DNA of 63,551 bases, filler included, from Dimorphilus gyrociliatus (lineage: Eukaryota > Animalia > Annelida), in NCBI GenBank assembly GCA_904063045.1. It is 3 parts of 3 records of this genome, joined end to end, with 100 filler letters (N's around TTAATTAATTAA, not from the genome) between each part and the next. Parts side by side here need not be neighbours in the genome. Positions count along the whole stretch, not along the records: positions 53,965 to 63,551 come from CAJFCJ010000286.1; 2 more parts are not named here. One strand, written 5' to 3'. How positions within the stretch are numbered: the stretch's first letter is position 1; each line of letters begins with the position of its first letter. The translations under genes and the position numbers were made by a program. The notes under the pieces were generated by a model. That model was not told the DNA's origin and did no database searches. It was given only the letters and a program-made list of their open reading frames with translations. This document shows, one piece after another, positions 61,542-63,551 of the stretch.

Positions 61542-62810
61542 ATGTCTCTGAGAATATGTAATATTCTTAAACTAAAACCGAAGAATAACATCACAATGAA
61601 TGTATGGTCCGTCAGTAGAATGATGATATCACCTTTGGCCAATTGTCAATTTTCAACTTCAACTACAAAGCAAAGGACTTATCAACCTACAAATGACATA
61701 AGATATATCAATGAAGAAAATATTGAAAATTTCGATTTTTCAACAAAAACCAAACGTTACTGTTTCTACAAATTTGAAAGTTATAAGAAATTGCAATTAC
61801 CAAATAATGTCGAAAATATGCATTTTGTTAAATGCAATTTTTCAAAAGACAAAGTTAAAGAACTGTGTTATAGTCTGGAAAACATTATAAGCCAATATGG
61901 TTTGGCTATAACTTCTCCAGTAAATAAAGGTGATAATCTAAATTACTTTTGGGAATATCTTTTGGAAAAGCAACCAAATATTTGTGGATTTCATTTTAGA
62001 CATCATAAAATGGATGAATTAGAAATGAAAATATTTTCCAAATTTATTGGAAGCAACTCAAATAAACAGTCAATACATTTGGGGAATATAGATTTTTTTA
62101 AAAATGGCTTTGAAAATTTATTGTTTAATATAGCCAAATCAAGAGAATCTCTAAAAATGCTTGGTTTTCCATTAACTGATTTGAATTGTGAAGAAGGATA
62201 TTTAATTGGTGAATTATTGAAAAAAATGACTAATTTTAATAAATTAGATCTTACTGGAAATGACAAGTTGGGAAAAGGTTTTGAAAATATTTGTCATGGA
62301 TTAAGAACAGTAAAGGATAATATTAATGTTGTAACGTTAGATTTGTGTGATTTAAATGAAGAACAATGTGAAATTTTTGGATATTTACTAAAAGAATGCC
62401 CAAATATTGCAGTGTTGAATTTGGCCTATTGTAAAAATATGGGGAAAGGTTTTAAAGCAATTTGCCAAGGTTTAAAATCTAGTTCTCAACTAGCTGCCTT
62501 GAGAGTTGATTCCTGTGATTTAAATTCTCAACAATGCGAATGGTTAGCTGATATGGTGCATCATCATAAAAGTATTGCATATTTGTTTGTTGACGGAAAT
62601 TTAAATATGGGAAAAGGTTTTTTAAGTGTAATGAAAGGTCAAAAATATTCTCCTTTTTTTAAGGAACAATTGAATAGAGTTCATTTTGAAGATGAAGATC
62701 ATCTACTTGAAAGGAGCATTTACAATGCAAATTTAACTGAATATTTATTAACAACTACAAAAGAATACTCCCATGAATTTGTTAAATATTTGAAACATTT
62801 AGCAAAGTGA
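61542..62810 (+). CDS. RNI-like leucine-rich-repeat protein, single coding exon, head-to-head paralog
   Basis: Same repeat type (NDKLGKGFENICHGL; CDLNEEQCEIFGYLLKEC; MGKGFKAICQGL). First ATG at 61542. A probable 5'UTR intron spans ~61461-61517. Confidence 0.85.
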   Translation: MSLRICNILKLKPKNNITMNVWSVSRMMISPLANCQFSTSTTKQRTYQPTNDIRYINEENIENFDFSTKTKRYCFYKFESYKKLQLPNNVENMHFVKCNFSKDKVKELCYSLENIISQYGLAITSPVNKGDNLNYFWEYLLEKQPNICGFHFRHHKMDELEMKIFSKFIGSNSNKQSIHLGNIDFFKNGFENLLFNIAKSRESLKMLGFPLTDLNCEEGYLIGELLKKMTNFNKLDLTGNDKLGKGFENICHGLRTVKDNINVVTLDLCDLNEEQCEIFGYLLKECPNIAVLNLAYCKNMGKGFKAICQGLKSSSQLAALRVDSCDLNSQQCEWLADMVHHHKSIAYLFVDGNLNMGKGFLSVMKGQKYSPFFKEQLNRVHFEDEDHLLERSIYNANLTEYLLTTTKEYSHEFVKYLKHLAK

Positions 62811-63551
62811 TACCTTCTTCTTATATTTTCCTCAAAGGCAAAAGTCTAACTTGAAATCTTCTGCTTAATTTGCCTCTATTAAAAATTTTAAGTTCGATTC
62901 TTATTGAAGTTTTATTAAGTCACCTATGTGTTGTTTCTATACGTAACACAACCATATACAGTATATCTGAAAGACAAAACTGCTTTTGCTGGTGTTTACA
63001 TAAATTTTCTTCTAAAACAGAAACACTAATAACTTTTTGCAAAGAGCAATAATTGGAATTGTTATCTTCATTAAAAATGTGGGTTTTGAATTGAACTTTT
63101 TAATTAAAAAATCCATCCTTCAAACAACTTTGTAGCCTTTGTTCAGTTTGAGTGATTCAGCAATTTCCTGTGAGTTTTGCAGTATAAAATTTTTAACATT
63201 TTATGATATGATATTATGTTTATTCGGTTTTGACTTGTGCATAGATTAAAAACTAATTGCCAAAAACAAGTTTTAAACAACTTTTCCTGACAATGCCAAC
63301 TTTTTCATTAGGTATTTTTACTTCAATTACATTGTTGCACATAACTTCAATACCAATAACAATATTAAAAAATAACTAAAAAGTTAAAAACTCAACTTTA
63401 ACATTTTCCAACTAAACAACTCTTTAACCTCTCAAAAGCTATTTTTGAAACCACAATTATAGCCATAACAGTTATATTTGTGATCATTTTATAACCACGT
63501 AACCTTTCATGAAAAAAGATAGTAATCAATGGACTTGTTTAGAACAGAAAC

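Noticed and set aside
63250-63340. Minus-strand VIEVKIPNEKVGIV (KH-domain-like) peptide
   Set aside because: Lacks the GxxG loop, is surrounded by stops, and is too short to support.

Overview
AT-rich animal (invertebrate) genomic DNA with many 45-70 bp introns. The compact gene structure and gene content suggest a lophotrochozoan such as a compact-genome annelid; this is inference only. The window is three sequence blocks joined by artificial 100-nt N/TTAATTAATTAA linkers (23369-23468, 53865-53964), so adjacency across the linkers is not meaningful. Block 1 holds a multi-exon class B1 GPCR (CRF/DH44-receptor-like) with an IR/DR-type Tc1 transposon in an intron, and a 3'-truncated mGluR-like class C GPCR whose glutamate side-chain-binding residues are substituted. 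Block 2 holds a 5'-truncated polycystin-1-like gene, two PAN/apple-domain genes, a secreted tandem beta-sandwich protein and a RING protein. These are followed by about 14 kb of decayed material: LRR and sulfotransferase-like pseudogenes, Gypsy, mariner and Tc1 fragments, and inverted-repeat elements. Block 2 ends in the 3' half of an LTR retroelement (PPT plus 244-bp LTR) carrying an almost intact class III viral-fusion-type envelope gene (rhabdovirus G / herpes gB / chuvirus-like). Block 3 holds an LDLa-repeat/C-type-lectin gene (GRL101-like N-terminus, truncated), a MULE-type MITE and a head-to-head pair of RNI-like LRR genes. The best candidate for a novel system is the env-bearing LTR retroelement. 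All domain calls come from motif recognition by eye; no database searches were run.
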